This document shows, in pieces, positions 60,526 through 64,000 of a stretch of 64,000 nt of DNA (its first letter is position 1; each line of letters starts with the position of its first letter). The notes under the pieces were generated by a model. That model saw only the letters and a list, made by a program, of their open reading frames with translations, made no database searches and was not told the DNA's origin. The stretch is from assembly GCA_963843145.1 (NCBI GenBank), contig CAWJJC010000021.1:1-64000 (forward strand). Reading direction: 5' to 3'. The stretch comes from an uncultured delta proteobacterium. Lineage in GTDB: Bacteria > Desulfobacterota > RBG-13-43-22. The position numbers were made by a program, and so were the translations under genes.

Positions 60526-63001
60526 TCCGGAAGCGATTGAAACCAAGTGGCAGGTCCGCTGGGGAAAGGAAAAACCCTACCGGGCCCGGGAAGCGCCGGA
60601 TCGGGAGAAATATTATCTCCTGGAAATGTTTCCCTATCCCTCCGGAAAGATCCACATGGGGCATGTGCGCAACTACTCCATCGGAGACGTAGTGGCCCGT
60701 TATAAAAGGATGCGGGGCTTTAACGTCCTCCATCCCATGGGCTGGGATGCCTTCGGAATGCCGGCAGAAAATGCGGCCCTGGCCCGCGGCATTCATCCGG
60801 CCCGCTGGACCTACGACAATATTGCCGCCATGCGGGTTCAACTGAAACGCTTGGGTTTCAGTTACGACTGGGACCGGGAGCTGGCCACCTGTGACCCCTC
60901 CTATTACCGCTGGGAACAGCTTTTTTTCCTCAAGATGTGGGAACGCGGGCTGGTGGTTCGAAAAAAATCGCAGGTCAACTGGTGCGACCACTGCCAAACG
61001 GTATTAGCCAACGAGCAAGTGGTGGGCGACGGCCGCTGCTGGCGCTGCGACCAGACTGTGGGCTCCAAAGAACTGGAACAGTGGTTTTTTCGGATCACCC
61101 GGTATGCCGATGAGCTGTTGGAGGGCTGTGCCGCCCTTTCCGGTTGGCCGGAAAAGGTCCTGGTCATGCAGCGCAACTGGATCGGCAGGAGCGAGGGGGC
61201 GGAAATCGATTTTCCATTGGAAAAGGGGCCGGGAGTCCTGTCGGTCTTTACCACCCGTCCCGACACCTTGTTCGGCGCCACCTTTATGAGCCTGGCGCCG
61301 GAACATCCCCTGGTCCGGGAATTGATCCGGGGCACGTCACAGGAAAACCAGGTCCAGGATTTTATTCGGAAGGTGCAGGCCCAGGATCCGTCCCAGCGAC
61401 TGGAAGCGGACCTGGTCAAGGAAGGCATCTTTACCGGGGCCTATTGTCTCCATCCGCTGACCGGGGAGCGGATGCCCATTTATGCGGCCAATTTCGTGGT
61501 CTGGGGTTACGGAACCGGAGCGGTTATGGCGGTCCCCACCCATGACCAGCGGGATTTTGAATTTGCCCGCCAATACGGGCTTCCTCTCCGGGTAGTGGTC
61601 CAGCCGCCAGAAGCGCCTCCGTTGACGCCGGAGTCTATGACCGAGGCCTATGAAGGGCCCGGGCATCTGGTCCATTCCGGACCCTTCAACGGCCTGGAGA
61701 ACGAGGTCGGCAAAGAAGCCATTACCCGGCATCTGGAAAAATTGGGGCAGGGGCGGAAAAAAGTCCAATACCGGCTGCGGGACTGGGGGGTATCCCGTCA
61801 GCGTTACTGGGGGGCGCCGATCCCGATGGTCTATTGTCAGCAATGCGGCATCGTTCCGGTGCCCGAGACGGAGCTGCCGGTGGTGTTGCCCCTGGAGGCC
61901 CAAATTCCGCCCAGCGGAGGATCGCCTTTGCCGCTGCTTCCGGAATTTGTCCAGACCCGTTGTCCGAAATGCCAAGGTCCGGGAAGACGGGAGACCGATA
62001 CCATGGACACTTTTGTGGAATCCTCCTGGTATTTTGAGCGGTATACCTGTCCGGACTTCGATCAGGGGCCATTGGATCCGAAAAGGGTCCGCTATTGGAT
62101 GCCCGTGGATCAATACATCGGGGGTATCGAGCACGCCGTCCTGCACCTCCTCTATTCCCGTTTTTTTACCCGAGTGCTCCGGGATCTGGGCTGGGTAACG
62201 GTCAGTGAACCCTTTACCAATCTCCTCACCCAGGGGATGGTGATCAAGGACGGTTCCAAGATGTCCAAATCCAAGGGCAATGTGGTTGATCCCGATGCCC
62301 TGATTCGCCAATACGGGGCCGATACGGTCCGTCTTTTCTGCCTTTTCGCCGCACCGCCGGAAAGGGACTTGGACTGGAGCGATCAGGGAGTGGAAGGATC
62401 CTTTCGTTTTCTAAACCGGGTCTGGAATCTGATCCAGGAAGATCGGGAGCTTCTGGAAGGAGCGGGTGCTATCCCGGACGCGGCGGCCCTGGACGGAAAA
62501 AATCGAAGTCTGTACATCAAACTGAATCAAACCATTAAAAAAGTCACCGAGGATATCGAGGACCGTTTTCATTTTAATACGGCCATCAGCGCCATTATGG
62601 AATTGGTCAACGCCCTCTATCTGTTTCGGGGTGAAGGACTGCAGGATCCTCCGAGCCGGTCTGTTTTTTCTCAAGCCCTGAAAACCCTGCTGATCCTGCT
62701 GTCCCCCCTAGTCCCTCACCTGGCTGAAGAGCTTTGGGAGCTATTGGGCCAGGAGGGGCAGGCCCAGGGCCAGCCCTGGCCTGCCTGGGATCCCGGGGCC
62801 TTGACTGAAGAGGACCGGGTACTCGTGGTTCAAGTCAACGGGAAGGTTCGCAGCCGGCTGACCGTGAAGGTCAGCGCCGCGGAAGGGGAAATGATACGGC
62901 AGGCCCTGGAAGACCCCAGAATTCAGGAATGGCTCCAGGGGAAGGAAATCATCAAAACGGTGGTCGTTCAGAATAAACTGATCAATATCGTTATTCGTTA
63001 A
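60497..63001 (+). CDS. leuS: Leucine--tRNA ligase
   Basis: [26 protein letters not shown]; start GTG at 60497 or 60503. Confidence 0.97.
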   Translation: MGVVIKNKYNPEAIETKWQVRWGKEKPYRAREAPDREKYYLLEMFPYPSGKIHMGHVRNYSIGDVVARYKRMRGFNVLHPMGWDAFGMPAENAALARGIHPARWTYDNIAAMRVQLKRLGFSYDWDRELATCDPSYYRWEQLFFLKMWERGLVVRKKSQVNWCDHCQTVLANEQVVGDGRCWRCDQTVGSKELEQWFFRITRYADELLEGCAALSGWPEKVLVMQRNWIGRSEGAEIDFPLEKGPGVLSVFTTRPDTLFGATFMSLAPEHPLVRELIRGTSQENQVQDFIRKVQAQDPSQRLEADLVKEGIFTGAYCLHPLTGERMPIYAANFVVWGYGTGAVMAVPTHDQRDFEFARQYGLPLRVVVQPPEAPPLTPESMTEAYEGPGHLVHSGPFNGLENEVGKEAITRHLEKLGQGRKKVQYRLRDWGVSRQRYWGAPIPMVYCQQCGIVPVPETELPVVLPLEAQIPPSGGSPLPLLPEFVQTRCPKCQGPGRRETDTMDTFVESSWYFERYTCPDFDQGPLDPKRVRYWMPVDQYIGGIEHAVLHLLYSRFFTRVLRDLGWVTVSEPFTNLLTQGMVIKDGSKMSKSKGNVVDPDALIRQYGADTVRLFCLFAAPPERDLDWSDQGVEGSFRFLNRVWNLIQEDRELLEGAGAIPDAAALDGKNRSLYIKLNQTIKKVTEDIEDRFHFNTAISAIMELVNALYLFRGEGLQDPPSRSVFSQALKTLLILLSPLVPHLAEELWELLGQEGQAQGQPWPAWDPGALTEEDRVLVVQVNGKVRSRLTVKVSAAEGEMIRQALEDPRIQEWLQGKEIIKTVVVQNKLINIVIR

Positions 63002-63084
63002 TCAGGCCGGCTGGCAAACCCCAGGGGTTTAAGAAAAACGGATCGCCCGGAAAAGGTTCGCACCGTCCGGAAAGAAGGAAAAAG

Positions 63085-63615
63085 ATGAATAAAAAAATAG
63101 TCTTGAGGGTGCTCCTGCTGCTGGGACTTATGGCCTTGGGGTTGGTTAGCGGATGTGGGTATGGATTTCGGGGAGCGGTGAATAACCTGCCCCCCGATAT
63201 TAAGGGGGTTTATATCCCGGTTTTCGTCAACAATACCACCGAAGGGGGGGCCGAGGTCGTTTTTGCCAACGCCTTAATTTACGAATTCACCCGCGGCGGG
63301 GTTATAGGGGTGGTTCCGGAGGCCAACGCCCAGGGGATCATTTATGGAAGGATTAAATCGGCTACAGTGGATTCGGTGATTTACGCCAGTCAGACCCAGT
63401 CGGTGGACCGGAAGGTGACCGTGGTCCTGGAGGTCATTTTTCGGCGGGCGGACAACAAGAAAATCCTCTGGCAGAATCTGGATATGATCCGCTATGAGAA
63501 TTTCCGAGCAGGGGCGGATCCCAATCAGAACGATCGGAATCGGGAGGAAGCCCTGAGAAAGATTTCCAAGGACCTGGCGGAAAGAATTTATAGTGGAATT
63601 TTAGAAAATTTTTAG
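63085..63615 (+). CDS. LptE-like LPS assembly lipoprotein
   Basis: Lipobox VSGC-GY.FRG; conserved position after leuS. Confidence 0.8.
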   Translation: MNKKIVLRVLLLLGLMALGLVSGCGYGFRGAVNNLPPDIKGVYIPVFVNNTTEGGAEVVFANALIYEFTRGGVIGVVPEANAQGIIYGRIKSATVDSVIYASQTQSVDRKVTVVLEVIFRRADNKKILWQNLDMIRYENFRAGADPNQNDRNREEALRKISKDLAERIYSGILENF

Positions 63616-63679
63616 TCGCCGCCTCAGGAGACCACCGGTCATCCTTTCGCTGGATCAGGGAGCGGAGACCGGCGTTTTC

Positions 63680-63955
63680 TTACGCGGACGGGACGGAGTG
63701 TCGGTTCAGTTTTTTCGACAACCGGGATATCTTTCGCGAGGCCGTACGAGGGTGGACGACTCCTTTGGAGGCGGCTCGGTCGATTTGGGCCATGGCCTGG
63801 ATCAACGCCGGGCGGGCCGATTCAACGGTGCCGGTTTCCAAGACCTGATAAAATTTCTTAATGGTTGTTTTAACTAATGATTTTGTGCTCACGTTACGCA
63901 GGCGACGCGCCTGGGACTGCTTCACCCGTTTCAAGGCTGAGGGATGGTTGGCCAA
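63680..63955 (-). CDS. rpsT: 30S ribosomal protein S20
   Basis: ANHPSALKR..RN..KS..KGVVHPRTASRKISRL. Confidence 0.96.
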   Translation of the reverse strand: MANHPSALKRVKQSQARRLRNVSTKSLVKTTIKKFYQVLETGTVESARPALIQAMAQIDRAASKGVVHPRTASRKISRLSKKLNRHSVPSA

Positions 63956-64000
63956 AAGGTTCTCCTTTTTCTTGAAAAAAATTTAAAATAGGTATACTAT

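Overview
GC-rich chromosomal window from an anaerobic deltaproteobacterium (Desulfobacterota/Syntrophales-like; inferred from gene content and repeat families). (1) 1-6 kb is a dense toxin-antitoxin (TA) hotspot: higBA, abiEi/abiEii, an orphan higA copy, a fossil Panacea(SocA)-partner pair, AbrB-VapC and RHH-PIN. It is organised around a duplicated ~320-bp element holding a divergent promoter pair and a candidate ~100-nt small RNA. (2) 6-20 kb is a minus-strand catabolic cluster: two FAD-linked oxidoreductases, a CCG Fe-S protein, an ABC binding-protein pseudogene, acyl-CoA dehydrogenase, CoA ligase, an HcrA-like molybdo-flavoenzyme, PanE-like reductase and MarR. It has many frameshifts, mostly at homopolymers. 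(3) 20-25 kb is an AT-richer islet with a cNMP-binding/rhodanese/MauE fusion, a lipoprotein and a class III nucleotide cyclase. (4) 25-39 kb holds malQ, a two-component cluster, an ECF sigma/anti-sigma pair and lutABC. (5) 39-64 kb is core genes: fabH, ahcY, metK, panDC with a pan RNA motif, yceD-rpmF-plsX-[acd-etfB-etfA]-fabG-acpP-fabF, rpiB, glyA, nrdR, rib genes, nusB, leuS, lptE, rpsT. Best leads: a bifurcating-type Acd/Etf complex inside the fatty-acid synthesis operon; the cNMP-rhodanese-MauE plus cyclase module; a shared attenuator-like leader upstream of two unrelated signalling genes; and the duplicated sRNA candidate. All calls come from motif recognition by eye; no database searches were run.
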